From: Eledone cirrhosa
Lineage: Eukaryota
Reading direction: 5' to 3'
Assembly: GCA_964016885.1 (NCBI GenBank)
Contig: OZ024761.1
Span: 22,072,001-22,136,000 of the forward strand
Length of the DNA stretch: 64,000 nt
Under the pieces are notes generated by a model. That model ran no database searches. It saw only the letters and a list, made by a program, of their open reading frames with translations, and was not told the origin of the DNA. A program made the translations under genes and the position numbers. Below are positions 49,927 through 63,749 of this stretch, piece after piece. Each line of letters starts with the position of its first letter. Positions within the stretch are counted from its first letter, which is position 1.

Positions 49927-51410
49927 TATATTAGACTTTCAGTTGATAATATTTTTATACTTCAGTTGATGACAATATGTTGACAATTTAGCTCCCTGTC
50001 ATCCCTGAGTGAACATCAAAACTACAATCAAAGTTGCCACCATAAACTATAACTTCCCTCCCTCCTCCCTTTATTTATGTATGTATTTCTAGCTAGGGTT
50101 GACTGCAACTGAATGAAGACACTCGGCTGCTAGAAATAGAAGTGAAGAAAAGAAATAGCAGCCGAGTGACTATGTAATACAGTAGATACTCCGTCTTCTT
50201 CTTCTTCTTCTTCTTCCATAGTGACGGTCACATTACTGTCCTTAGCTATTTGTTATATGACATTCTCACATGTAAGTAAAGTCTTGTAAGTTTTTCACTC
50301 TTTGCTCCTGCCCTACACTGTTACCGTCCTTCCAATGGGTTTAGGGGTCACCAAATTCTCTTTGTAACAGGGAGGAAGCACTTTCGTGTTGAGATTTTTT
50401 TGTGGGGAGGGTTCATGTTTCATATATATATATATATATATATGATATGCTGTTACATTTCACACCTATATACTTTTAGCTGGCTACCTATGAGGAAGTT
50501 TCTTCTTGTGTTTAATGATCAAAGGCCTCAGTCCTATATATATATACACACACATATATATATATGTATATATACATATATATATGTATATATATATATA
50601 TATTTATTATAAGAACAGATTAAAGTTTAAGGGTGAAAGCAGCGATTCTTTGCTTAAACTTTAATCTTTTCTTATAAGTATTTGCTCTACGGGTTTTTAT
50701 ATTTATATATGTTTTATATACATATAATTCTTAACAAGCCCACTTCGGATTTTAGTCTTCACATTTATTATTACTATATATATACATATTTATACACACA
50801 TATATATACATATTTATACACACACATATATATATGTATGTATAGTGCTGGTGATCTATATATTAAAGGTCTCAGTACATGATGTAATGTGGCTGGTGAT
50901 AGAAAGGGCATTCATCAGTAGAAATCTTGCCAAACAGGGGTTAGGGGGACTTTCAGTTTGTGTCTGCATTTGATATGACCGTATCTAAGTGGGATACAGA
51001 ACCCTGGGCCTGTCTGGGAGGTCAGTAGCCCTACTTCAGTACTGACAGGGTCTATATAGACCTGTCCAACCCTTTTGCTAGCAGGGAAAGGGGACATTAA
51101 ATAAAGAGGGTGTTGTTGTTACAGCTCACACTTACACAGTTTAACAGACCTCCTACAGAGTTGCATCTCATAGAAGGTTTCTTGGGTGTTTTAACGATAG
51201 GGACCTCTAGTTATACCCTGCTGTTGTTACAGCTCACATTTATGTGGATTTAGCTGATGGTTCAGTGTTACACGCCATAAAATATTTCTTTTAACGATAG
51301 ACCCCACCCTTCCTATTATGTTGTTGTTGTTGTTGTTACAACTCAGTGACAGGGTTGGTTGGTAGTCATGGTGCTTACTAACTTGTGAAGTAACTTCAAT
51401 ATGTTTGACT

Positions 51411-51662
51411 AAAATGTCAAAACAAGATCTCAAACATATATATATCTATTTAATTATATATATATATATAATTAAATAGATATATATATATGTTTGATAT
51501 CTTGTTTTGACATTATACAACAAACGGAACACGAGAAAGATGTACAAAATTAGATATATATATATATGATTAAATATATATATATATAATTATATATATA
51601 TATTTAATTATATATATATATCTAATTTTGTACATCTTTCTCGTGTTCCGTTTGTTGTATAA
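51411..51662. repeat. Two adjacent foldbacks centred on (TA)n
   Basis: About 51411-51513 and 51514-51662 are each self-complementary. Confidence 0.88.
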
Positions 51663-51716
51663 TTGGTTTCTATTTACAAAGCTGAATGTAAAATATATTG
51701 AAAATGACACACACAT

Positions 51717-51767
<51 letters not shown>

Positions 51768-51795
51768 TACACAGATATACAGACATACACACACT

Positions 51796-51847
<52 letters not shown>

Positions 51848-52241
51848 GATATACAGACATACAGACACTCACACATATATACACACACACACAGATATAC
51901 AGACATACACACACACACACACTCATGCAGAGACACATACATAGACACACACAGAAACATATAGACACAGACACACACACATATAGACACAGACACACAC
52001 ACACACACATATTTATATCTATCTAAGGGCAGTGGATTGGCAGTATCGGTAGAGAGTCGGACGCCATGCTTTCCAGCATAGTTACGTCCCTTTACGGTCT
52101 GAGTTCAAATCCCGCCGAGGTTGACTTTGCCTTTCATCCTTACGGGGTCGATAAAATAAAGTACCAGTAATGTACTGGGTATTTGATGACCTTGTGCCAA
52201 AAGTAGGAACAAATATTTATATCTATCTATCTATCTATCTA

Positions 52242-52276
<35 letters not shown>

Positions 52277-52561
52277 TAATCAGATTAAGTTGTGAAGTAT
52301 TCAAGGATTTATCAATATTTATTACTCTGCCATTTTAAAATTTTAAATAATTTTCTAGAATTTTTATAATATATAATGTTCTGTCAATCACAACACATGG
52401 TACAGTTGGATAAACACTATATATATAGATATCTACATATATGCACACACACACACACACAAATATATATATATATATACACACACAAACATATATATAT
52501 ATATATATCATAATCATCATCATCATCATTTTACGTCCGCTTTTCCCTGCTTGCAAGGGTG

Positions 52562-52611
<50 letters not shown>

Positions 52612-52852
52612 GTTTCTACTTTTAGGCACAAGGCCAGCAATTATCCCAGTGCATTACTGGAACTTTATTTTATCGACCCCGTAAGGATGAAAGGCAAAGT
52701 CAACCTCGGCGGGATTTGAACTCATATATATCAGAGCTATATATCAATTTTATGATATATAGCTCTGATTATTTAATTTATTAACTCTTCATTGAGCCAC
52801 AAAGTGACCCGTTGCAAAACACACACACACATATATATATATATATGTAAAC

Positions 52853-52918
<66 letters not shown>

Positions 52919-53567
52919 ATTTGAATATATATTTATTAAAATAACAGATTAAAGTTTAAGCAAAGAATCGATGCTTTCACCCTTAACGGGATCTTCTGAA
53001 ATATATAGTTTGGAAAGCAGAAAATTGCTTATTGAAATCCAGGTTGCACTTACCAATGAAACGGTCGTAAATACCTGGATAAAATCCTTTTTTTAATGCT
53101 TACCTGTGTTTTTTCTTTTATTCTATATATATATATATATATATAAAAGGTACATATTGAGTTAGAAACTCAAAATAGTCTCTTACAATTAAATAGCTGA
53201 AGGAAATAGATTTTATATATATATATATATTTAAAATGACAATTTAAAACGGGTTGTTTCAGCAAATGAGAATCAATCCTTGATTCTCATACACTTTCTT
53301 ACTCCCATTAGAGATAGTTGTAAAGATTTCTCTCTTAACGCCTGACCAGTTTGGCAGCCACAGGTCAGACAGCCATCTTACTCCCTTCCATTTGTACTAA
53401 AGGCCAGTTCACTGCTGCTTTGAAGGAAATTAACCATATATATGACATCACCAAATCATTGACCACTCCCTGTGACATACAAGAAAAACAAAATTTTTGT
53501 AGCATTGTTTGATTTAATACTTCTGTTTTTTTTAATGTTTTGTCTGCATGTCCATATATGGACTGTA

Positions 53568-53638
53568 CCCCTTGATAAGTTCAGCTAGGTCCCTGCCGCC
53601 TAATACTAGTTCGGATCTAGCTGTCGAAACGGCCGGTG
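53568..53638 (+). ncRNA. Hammerhead-like motif with U3-A8 core and C at 16.1
   Basis: CCCC-UUGAUAA-G..CAGCUAGGUCC/GGAUCUAGCUG..C-GAAA-CGG-CC-GG; decayed inverted relative at about 56060-56145. Confidence 0.5.
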
Positions 53639-53671
53639 CTCAACTGGCGGGGTCTTGACTCTTTTCCTATA

Positions 53672-53739
<68 letters not shown>

Positions 53740-53745
53740 TATATA

Positions 53746-53789
<44 letters not shown>

Positions 53790-53795
53790 TATATA

Positions 53796-53843
<48 letters not shown>

Positions 53844-54087
53844 TATATACATATACACACAGATTCTCACATATATCTTATATAAACATGTATATATTAT
53901 TCATTTCCATCAATAATTTCCCTTTGTTATGGTTCATTGCTTCGCAACAACTACAATTACACTCAGAAACAAAGAACAATTGTATTGACAGGTGAAAATA
54001 CAGATTCATCCCCACCCCCTTCTGTCCACGTCCTCATCTTTCTTAAAATACAATAGTATATATATACTGTGAAAATACAATAGTATA

Positions 54088-54347
54088 TGGAGGCACATGG
54101 CTTAGTGGTTAGAGCATTGGCCTTGCAATCGAAAGGTTGTGAGTTCAATTCTCAGACCGGGTGATGTGTTGTTTCCTTGAGCAAGACACTTTATTTCAAA
54201 TTGCTCCAGTTTACTCAGCTGTAGAAATGAGATGTAGAAAGTGGTGTTAGGAAGGGCATCCAGCTGTTGTAATCAAGCCAGAACAAGTTCCCGTCCCACC
54301 CTTGTAAGCAGGGAAAAGCGGACATAAAATGAAATGATGATGATGAT
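54088..54347 (+). mobile_element. tRNA SINE with RTE family B tail, internally deleted
   Basis: Same head and tail as the 23643 copy. Confidence 0.85.
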
Positions 54348-54349
54348 AT

Positions 54350-54727
54350 ATAGAGTAATGTAAATGTTATGTGAGATATTATGTGAGGTAAAGCCTTTAC
54401 TGTGAAAATACAATAGTATATATAGAGTAATGTAAATGTTATGTGAGATATTATGTGAGGTAAAGCCTTTACTGTGAAAATACAATAGTATATATAGAGT
54501 AATGTAAATGTTATGTGAGATATTATGTGAGGTAAAGCCTTTACTGTGAAAATACAATAGTATATATAGAGCAATGTAAATGTTATGTGAGATATTATGT
54601 GAGGTAAAGCCTTTACTGTGAAAATACAATAGTATATATAGAGTAATGTAAATGTTATGTGAGATATTATGTGAGGTAAAGCCTTTACTGTGAAAATACA
54701 ATAGTATATATAGAGTAATGTAAATGC
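54350..54727 (-). repeat. 72-bp tandem array (MITE-derived), about 5 copies
   Basis: Reverse complement of the array at 1-240. Confidence 0.9.
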
Positions 54728-54977
54728 TAAAAGATTCATTGACTCTACCCTCCCCCCAAAATTTCTGGCATTTTACCTAAATCAGAAACCCCATATTAAA
54801 GAGTCAGATAACTTAAGGTATTTTGTTCTGAGTTCAAATCTTACCAAAATCAACTTTGCTTTCTATCCTCTGGGGTTGATTAAAGTAATTTTTCTTTCCT
54901 TCCAATTGTTGATCTTGTGCCAATGTCAGAAAGAATTATTATTATTTTCTTCCTTTGTTTCTCTTTCAGCTCAAGAA

Positions 54978-55880
54978 ATGGTAAATATGAGATATAATCA
55001 GAAAACCTCTTTACTTATCCTGCTGGTGGTGTTGGCACTTTGTGGAGTTATGTACCGGCTGTTTCTGACTGTTAACACCCCAGGACAGCAATACCAACCA
55101 GATTGGGCTGAGGACAACAAAGTTAACATTGTCTTTCTATTTCTTATTAAATCATATCCTCAAAATATTGAACTGAGAAAAGCTATAAGAGAAACATGGG
55201 GAACATACATAGCTTCGGAATACAACAGCAAGACTTTGTTTTACATGGGAAAATCCTTAAATATGGAAATCAATTCAAAAGTGACTGAAGAGTCGCTACA
55301 TTATAAAGATATTATTCAGGGCAATTTCATTGACAGTTTCTACAATCAGAGCCTATGTACGTTAAATGCTTTCAAGTATATATTGCACACATTTGGTAGA
55401 GTTAAATATTTATTCAAGGTTGAAGATTCTACGTTTGTCAATGTCCCACGCCTTGTACGTATTTTGAATGACAACAAGGAACATTTGCATCACTTCATTA
55501 TGGGTAGAGTAACCAAGGAAACCAAACCTGATCGGAATAAAGACTCATTATTTTATGTGACGAAAGATGCCTATCCACAGGACTTCTATCCACCCTATGC
55601 ACAGAGCTTTGCTTATTTAATGAGTGGACATTTAATATCGAAACTGGTTGAGGAGTCGGCGAAAGTCCCTTTTTTATGGATCGAAGATGTTTACGTGACA
55701 GGAGTTCTAGCTAACCATCTCAATATTACCTACTTAAACAATATGAAGTTTGGTACACCAGAAAACAAATGCGTAATGCAGAACTATGCAACCATACCAG
55801 ATAAGAACACACCAGAAGAGATGAAAAGAACTTACATTTCTGTTGAAATACCAAATGGAAATTGTGATTCTGGGGTTTAA
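54978..55880 (+). CDS. GT31 beta-1,3-galactosyltransferase-like type II membrane protein (300 aa)
   Basis: tttcag| acceptor at 54969, ATG at 54978; N-terminal TM; RKAIRETWG, EESLHYKDIIQGNFIDSFYN, YPPY, IEDVYVTG. Confidence 0.9.
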   Translation: MVNMRYNQKTSLLILLVVLALCGVMYRLFLTVNTPGQQYQPDWAEDNKVNIVFLFLIKSYPQNIELRKAIRETWGTYIASEYNSKTLFYMGKSLNMEINSKVTEESLHYKDIIQGNFIDSFYNQSLCTLNAFKYILHTFGRVKYLFKVEDSTFVNVPRLVRILNDNKEHLHHFIMGRVTKETKPDRNKDSLFYVTKDAYPQDFYPPYAQSFAYLMSGHLISKLVEESAKVPFLWIEDVYVTGVLANHLNITYLNNMKFGTPENKCVMQNYATIPDKNTPEEMKRTYISVEIPNGNCDSGV

Positions 55881-56795
55881 ATATTGATTACGAGTGAATG
55901 GAAAGAACAAAGAAACACCAAGAGAACATTATATGTGTTAAGAAAGTTCCTGGAAATAACTTTGGTATTGAAGTCGCAGTTATATGTGTGTGTGTGTGTG
56001 TGTGTGTGCGTGCGTATATATATATATATATATATATGTGAAAAAATTCAGGACCCTGATGGCTGTTTCAACAGCTAGATCCGAACTAAAGCACCTAAAG
56101 CACTAGTATTCAAATGGCGGAAATCTAGCTGAACTTATGATGGGGTATCATCCATATATGGTCAGACAGTCAAAGCAAAAAAAAATCTTAAAAGTTCTCT
56201 TGTTTTTTTGTTTTTCTCCAGGAGTGGTCAGTGATATATTTATTGGCAGCATGACCCTCCCAAAGTATAATAATAATAATAATAATAATATATATATATA
56301 TTAGGATTGGTGCTCTGATATAGCAGCGATGTATACATGAATGTATGTATAATATATTTGACAATATACCGTATGTTTGATTTAAAATATTTAGAAGACT
56401 ATACACTATCATTTTAAAGTAGTGACTATAGCGTAAGGTCTTCTAAATGTTTTAAATTAAAAATACGGTTTATTGCCAAATATACTGTACATACATTACA
56501 GTACCACCCTACTACTGGGGTCGATTCTTCCTCTATCTCTTTCTCATTTCCTCTCTCTCACTTTCTGTCTTTCTCTGGAAGAAATCTGCTGTACTCAGGC
56601 CTGGATAGGGATGGGCTCTGCCAGGCTTAAAATACCCCAGAAGCGCCGTATGTCACTACAGCGCCCCCTACGACTCTATCAGGAGTTCTGGAACAAAGAG
56701 AGATATATATACGCACACAATCAAGGATGGTCTTCCGAAGTGGATCGTAAAGACGCCACAGTTAAACAAGCTACTTAATATTTATTTTATATACA

Positions 56796-56921
56796 AATGA
56801 CTTCTACAGGACTTAACCTGTTTCATTTGCATGAAATCATCAGGAATGCACATTCCATGTGATTGGACATTTCTGATGATTTCATACGAATGAAACAGTT
56901 CTAGTCCTGTAGAAGTCATTT
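56796..56921. repeat. Foldback with a degenerate hammerhead-like core in each arm
   Basis: atgacttctacaggact...agtcctgtagaagtcat; CUGAUGA..GAAACAG on both strands; related fragment at 24058-24100. Confidence 0.6.
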
Positions 56922-56967
56922 TTATATATAAAAATATATAAGTAAATATAGATACATACATATATAC

Positions 56968-57410
56968 AAAAGGCCAGTTATATGATGCCTGTGTGAGGTG
57001 CGCGATGCGGCATGGTAGTGAGACATGGGCAGCAACTGCAGAGGATATATGACGGCTGGAGAGAAATGAAGCAAGCATGCTCCATTGGATGTGCAATAGA
57101 TGAGTTGAGAGAGAAACTGTATAAGAGGGATAAGTTGTGGTGTGCAGGAGAGAAGACTGAGATGGTATGGACATGTGATGTGCATGGAGGATGACTGCTG
57201 GGTAAAGAAGTGCCAAGAAATCCCAGTAAAAGGAGGACGCAGTAGAGGAAGACCACGAAAAACATGGGCGGAGATGGTGAGAACAGACCTCAGATCACTG
57301 AAGCTCATAGTGGAGATGACGAAGGACCGTGACAAGTGGAGAGATGCTGCGCTGAATAGGATCCATCCCACCCTTGCAAGCAGGGAAAAGCGGACGTAAA
57401 ATGATGATGA
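56968..57410 (+). mobile_element. RTE LINE family B 3' fragment
   Basis: [12 protein letters not shown]...GRPRKTW...ASREKRT* followed by (GAT)n. Confidence 0.88.
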
Positions 57411-58271
57411 TATATATATATATACAATAAGTCAACGAGACTAGCATGGGTTTCACTGTTAGGACCGGTTGCATCTCAGCGTACTCAATAGGTAATGTTA
57501 AGTTAACTCGCAAAGTAGACACAGAGTTATTTGCTTCAATACAACACACGTAAATGCAGCAAGTGAGTGCACAGCATCCACGGTCTGCATTTATTATGCA
57601 ACAATGCACAATCGGTGCATGTGGCTTCATCAGTGGGTTTCGCCTAATCAATAACCAATCGATCGTGTGTGTGAATTTTGAATGGATGTCAGCTTAAAGT
57701 TGCTTCAATACAGTTTTTATTTTCACTATCAGCCCCTAAAAAAGGTGTGAGTTCCAATCCAACTGGTGACGCTGTCCACCTTCTTCTGTCACATACATAG
57801 ATACACATATTCACTGCTAAAGGCAAACTTGGAGGGTTGGAAAAAATAAAAAAAATTTTTTTCAAGGGAGAGTATTCGTTGGTTGGGAAACGTCTTGTAG
57901 GTTCGAATTTGGAGTAATGTCCCTTGCAAAATTGCCTCTTCAGACATTTTACAAATGAACAGAATGACAAGACTGGCGCAAAGTTGTTGGATATGGCGCA
58001 TTGCATCTTTACCGGTAACATTTCAAATTTTCTCAGAGAAGCACAAAACGGACAAACTAATCCTTCGTTTTGTTTTTATTTGTTGGTCATGTCCATAAAA
58101 TCTTATTAATTCATCAACAGACTGGTCAATTAAAATCTCCGGTAGCTACTAGATAGCTTCAGCGACTGACCCAGTCCTCGCTGCACTTGCTCAATAGACC
58201 CAACAATACAAGCTGTTGAAGTATCTATCGGCCGCTTTCTTCTGATAGGTTTGTCGTAGAACCTTTTAAGC

Positions 58272-58579
58272 CAGGGGTTCTCAAAGTGGGTGTTACTCCC
58301 CCTCCCCCGGTGGTCGTTAAGAAGGTCCAAGGGGTGGTAGGGATGATATAACTATATTAAGTATCAAATGATACATATATATAAATATAGTAATATATAT
58401 ATTTATTTATACATAGTATATATATATATAATTTATTATATATACATTGACGATTTTATTATATACTATTTACAATTTGCGTGTAGGCAGGTGTCTCTGG
58501 AAATAGGGTTGGGGGCCGCTGAGGGTACTACGTGGCCCTGGAGAGGGGGAAGTGGCCCCAAAAAGTCTGAGAACCTCCG
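58272..58579. mobile_element. hAT (Charlie/Buster-like) MITE
   Basis: CAGGGGTTCTCAAA...TCTGAGAACCTCCG; 8-bp TSD-like ttttaagc/ttgtaagt. Confidence 0.65.
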
Positions 58580-59755
58580 TTGTAAGTAGTGGAGGAGACT
58601 TCTGGTGTTCTCGATCACAGGAACATTTCAATATCTGTTGGTATATCGAAACGGAGTTGGCCACCCACAAGAGTTTGTAAATGATACCCGCCAGTTGGAA
58701 TGACTATTTCAACATGTCACCTTCGTTATCCTCCGGGAAAACCATTTCTCCATTCCGTCTGTTGGGACCACGAGGAGGTTTACGTCTGGGATTCTGTCCT
58801 CCAGAATTTATAACAAACTTACACTGTGGTTTGGTTTGTAAACTTGTGTGTCGTTTGGGACATATTAAGATGACAAGGGGGGTTAGTTTATAACCTAGTA
58901 CTGTTGGGTCACTCGGCATTACTGAAGACCCGACTCGGGGGTGTGTTGCTTGGGACATTAAGTTGGAAGGGGAAGAAACTGAGTTAAGACTCCTCTGTGA
59001 ACAGAAAAGTCCTGGACGAACTTGTGTGTTGTGTGAGGACCTTGGTTCTGGCAACGAGTGTTGCAAATTAACTCACAACTGGCTGAATATACCACTGGCA
59101 CGTGTAGCTTTAACTGGTATCGTCAACACCACCCCCACCACTACTACCACCACCACTACCACAACCCCCAACAACAACAATGAAAACAATTTAAACAAAA
59201 TACTTTTTTATTGTTATTATAATTACGTATGTATAAATATATATATACAGTTACCATAAGCTGTTGCTATATATACACAGGTCTTAAAAACAAAATCAGG
59301 GCAATTGTGGTTTTGGTTGGAGATTTAACCATTTCAAAATTGTCATTTTTCAATTTTTTTTTCGAAAATTTTAATTAAAAATTTTTTTTCGGAAATTTTA
59401 ATTTAAAATTATTTTTTTGGAAAATTTTAATTAAAATTTTTTTTTTCGAAAATTTTAATTTTGTATGTAATTATTTATCTTTTCCATTTTTTAAATATTT
59501 TTTTTCCGTTTTTTTTTCACTCGACAAAAAAAAATCACAGTTTTTTGATAAAACAAAGAAAGGAGATTGCTGAAGTTTAGAAAAATGGTGTTTCTTGCAT
59601 AGCTAAGCTATATTGTTGTTGATGCTGGTATTAAGTAGCATATCTGAAGCAAAGATGAGAGTCTGAGTAAGAGAGGCTTATGTCTATATGTAAAGTATCT
59701 ATACACAGATTAATTATACATACCCATATATATATACATACCTATATATATATAC

Positions 59756-59804
<49 letters not shown>

Positions 59805-59904
59805 CATATATATATATAACGAAGGAAATGTGGTAAGGAACCAGAAATGTGGTAAGGAACCGTCGAAACGGCTTGAGCTCAGCCGTCGGGGTCCTACTCG
59901 TTCC

Positions 59905-59935
<31 letters not shown>

Positions 59936-60122
59936 GTATGTATATAAATATATATGTATATAAATATATATGTATATAAATATATATGTATATAAATATA
60001 TATGTATATATATATATATGTATATAAATATATATGTATATAAATATATATGTATATATATATATATATACATATGTATATATATATATATACATATGTA
60101 TATATATATATATATACATATG

Positions 60123-60153
<31 letters not shown>

Positions 60154-60287
60154 GTATATATATATATATACATATGTATATATATACATATGTATATATA
60201 TATCCATATGTATATGTATATATATACATATACATATGTATATATACATATACATATGTATATATATATATATATATATATACATAT

Positions 60288-60327
<40 letters not shown>

Positions 60328-60416
60328 GTATATATATATATGTATATATATATATGAATATATATATATGTATATATGTATATATATGTATATATATATA
60401 TGTATATATATATATG

Positions 60417-60471
<55 letters not shown>

Positions 60472-60889
60472 GTATATATATATATGTATATATATATGTA
60501 TATACATACACACACATATATATATTTATATACTAATTTTAAAAACACCAAAGAATTAATGTATCTCCAAACAAACATCTGTTTCAGTTGACCTCAACTT
60601 TGTCCCGGGGTTATAGAATCTCAAAATTTTCAAATTAAAAAAAAATTTTCTTCAAATAATTTTTATAAAAATTTTTTAAAGATTTATAATTTGAATTTCA
60701 GGAGTTGGTTCAAGGTCGGAGTCATAAAATTAGTGTATAACAGCTCTGTGTGAACCCCAGTGTATTGAGCTTCTAACCATCTGGTAAAGCAGTTTTAAAA
60801 CTCCATTTATTAATATTATTATTATTACTAATACTATTATATATATCAGAGTGTTGTTGTTTGTTGAAGCATTGTTGAATAGGAAACAC

Positions 60890-61129
60890 AAATTTAAATA
60901 ATTTTGAAAACTATACAATGCGCTAGAAAGAAAATCAATATTGCTAAGATAACAAAAGAATCTTACCTTAACAAATTTGATAATCACAAATATTTTTGGG
61001 TCTCATGGGGATACCCCCTTGATAATGGGTTTTTAAACCCGAAAATTTTCTAAGGTAAGATTCTTTTGTTATGTTAGCAATCTTGATTTTCTTTCTCGTG
61101 TATTGTAGGGTTTTCAAAATTATTCAAAT
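60890..61129. repeat. ~80-bp-arm inverted repeat enclosing a partial UUGAUAA hammerhead core
   Basis: Arms ..aacaaaagaatcttacctta / taaggtaagattcttttgtt..; spacer ttgataa-t-gggtt(ttta)aaccc-gaaa. Confidence 0.7.
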
Positions 61130-62159
61130 ATATATATAATGAGTAGGAATGAAATATCAATAGAGCGTCATTGTTTATTTATGTGTGATGCACATTTCAA
61201 GATTGATCGACTGAAGAAACGATCGGTATTGATCATACTTGATTTCTGAATTCGAAGACTCGGCAGACTTGTGACTTCCTTAATAACTCATTATTATTAA
61301 CACTCTGCTCGTTAAGAATACTGACTACGGTGTAATACCAAACGTACAATACCACATCAGCAACTGGTTCCACATTGGTATTGAGTGCTTATACTGGTGA
61401 ACTAATAAACTATATATATATATGTGTATATATATATGTATATATGTATATATATATATATATGTACATATATATATATACACACATGTGTGTGACTGTG
61501 TCCACATTTCGCTAGGATATATTCCTTTTTCTCTTATTTTGTTTTTCTTAAGCATTTTTTAATGTTTTCGCTATCAAAAGTTTAAAAATGAAAACATTTC
61601 AAATAGATTACAAATTATTTGTTGCAAGAGAGAGAGAGAGGGGGAGAGTAGAGAAAGAGGGAGTAGAGACAGAAGAGAGAGAGGGAGTGTAGAGAGAGAA
61701 ACTGACAAAGAGAGAGGGAAAAGAGAATCAAATAAAATTTTTGTTTCGTATGGTTATTTTTGTCTTTAGTAAAAAAAAAGGTAGCTGCAAGGGGGATAAC
61801 TCAGTTTTCCTTATTACATATGCCAGGCTGTAAGATAAATATTATAAATATTTTTTTTTTGTTAGACATAGGCACAAAGCTCCAATTGTGTATGTATATA
61901 TAATGTGGGGGTGCAAGCGGGGTGAGGGGGTGATTGCAAAGCTTTTTGTCTGGCGCTGTAACAATTCTGATAATTCATGACTCTAATTCCTCACAGCTTA
62001 ATGTCTATTTTCCATAATTTCATGGGTTAGAAGGGTTTACCACGTTCCGTGGTTATTGGTCAAATGACCACAAATTACTTTACAGTAGTGGGAGCATTTT
62101 ATCATGTCTCCAGCATTACCACCTTACAGATTGGACCAAATTCTTTTTTTGTTTATATT

Positions 62160-62420
62160 GTGGGACCAGCACTACCATCTGACAAGTTGTACCGGTTGCT
62201 TTTTATAGTGGCATAAGCACTGCCACCTGACAAGGTGGACAGGGTGATTTTTCTATCTTGGGACAAGCACTGCCACCTGACAGGGTGGACTGGGTGCTAT
62301 TTCTATCTTGGGACAAACACTACCCCCTTACAGGGTGGACTGGGTGCTATTTCTATCTTGGGACAAGCACTGCCACCTGACAGGGTGGACTAGGAACTAC
62401 AGCCTTACAGAGTGGGCTGT
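62160..62420 (+). repeat. 50-bp degenerate tandem repeat from a SINE domain
   Basis: gggacaagcactgccacctgacagggtggactgggtg at 62260, 62310, 62360. Confidence 0.75.
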
Positions 62421-63749
62421 GTGTGTTTTATGATAGCGAGGGAGGGGGGAAAGGAGAGATAGTTTCACTGACAAACATTATTTCACACAACACAGGGGGG
62501 GGGGGCAAAGTTGTGTGGGAGTAATGGGAGGACTCAACATAGAAAACAGAGACTGAAGAATATGTAATAAACCCTTTAGTATTTAAACCAGCCAGGATTC
62601 TCTCACCTCTTTCTATTCAAACTGGCTGTAACCGGCCACTCATACTGATGTTAAGGTATTGTTCTCAACATGAATAATATCAAAATCTCATGGATTCGAT
62701 ATTGTGAGGTAAAGTGTTTACCATGAAAATACAACAGTATATATAGAGTAATGAAAATACTAAAGGGACAACGGTTCCTAATTAAGGCACAGGGTCAACA
62801 ATTTGAGGGGAAAGAGATAAGTGGGTTTTATCAACACTTGACAGTTCCTTTATTTTATTGACCCCCTAGAAGGGATGAAAGGCAAAGGTGACCTCAGCAT
62901 GATTTGGCCTTGTACCTAAATTAGAAAAGGGCACTTGCAATGGCTTTGCTGATTCAGAGTAATCCAGGACTTTGTCTGGGTCAGTCTTTTTTTCTCTAAG
63001 TTATCCTTTGCAGTCTCACCCTGCTCCCCTAATGGAGAGTTATGTATAATTATTATATATATATATTGTTGATTTCCGACCCTTTTTATGGGTATAAACT
63101 CTGCTCTGTGCTATAATTCATCCTCAAATTGGCACCAATACCTCTGCCCCTTGTTTGACAGGATCATTAGAGTTGGGGAGAAGTTCTTAGCTGCATTTAT
63201 TCCGACTCTCTACGGTCGGGGTTCAAATCCTGCCGAGGTTAGCTTTGCCTTTCATCCTTACGGGGGTCGATAAAATAAAGTACCAGTAATGCACTGGGGT
63301 AATTGCTGGCCCCTTGTGCCAAAAGTAGAAACAATTATTATTATTATTACTAATTCACTTTTCTATTTGTTTGTAATGTAATGTTTTGAGTGTGTGTGTG
63401 GGGGGTGGGGATGGGGTCCTTGAGACAAACAAATCATCATCATCATCATCAACTCATGAATCGGGAAATTCTAAAACAAAATTCTGAAGACTAGAAAAAC
63501 CCCAGAAAAATAAACAACCAAAAACAAAAAGAAAAAACGGGGGGAAAAAAACAAAAAAAAATAAAACTCTGGCATTTAATTAGAAAACTTCAGATTTGGC
63601 AAGAAATTAAAATAACATCAACAACAATAACAAAAACATATAATAATAATATTAATAATAATAATGATAATATTAATATTAATAATATAATTGTAATTGT
63701 AATAATTTATGTTTCCAATCAATAACCTATCACTCTCAGAAATCAATAA

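Noticed and set aside
53022-53075. GAAA-CGG-UC with partial stem I
   Set aside because: 5' core reads UUAUUGA and stem II does not pair convincingly
54876-54977. N-terminal extension of the GT31 ORF
   Set aside because: Starts at a non-ATG codon in SINE-like/intronic sequence upstream of the acceptor at 54969
57560-57635. Minus-strand CUGAUGA followed by a hairpin
   Set aside because: No GAAA after the stem; likely chance
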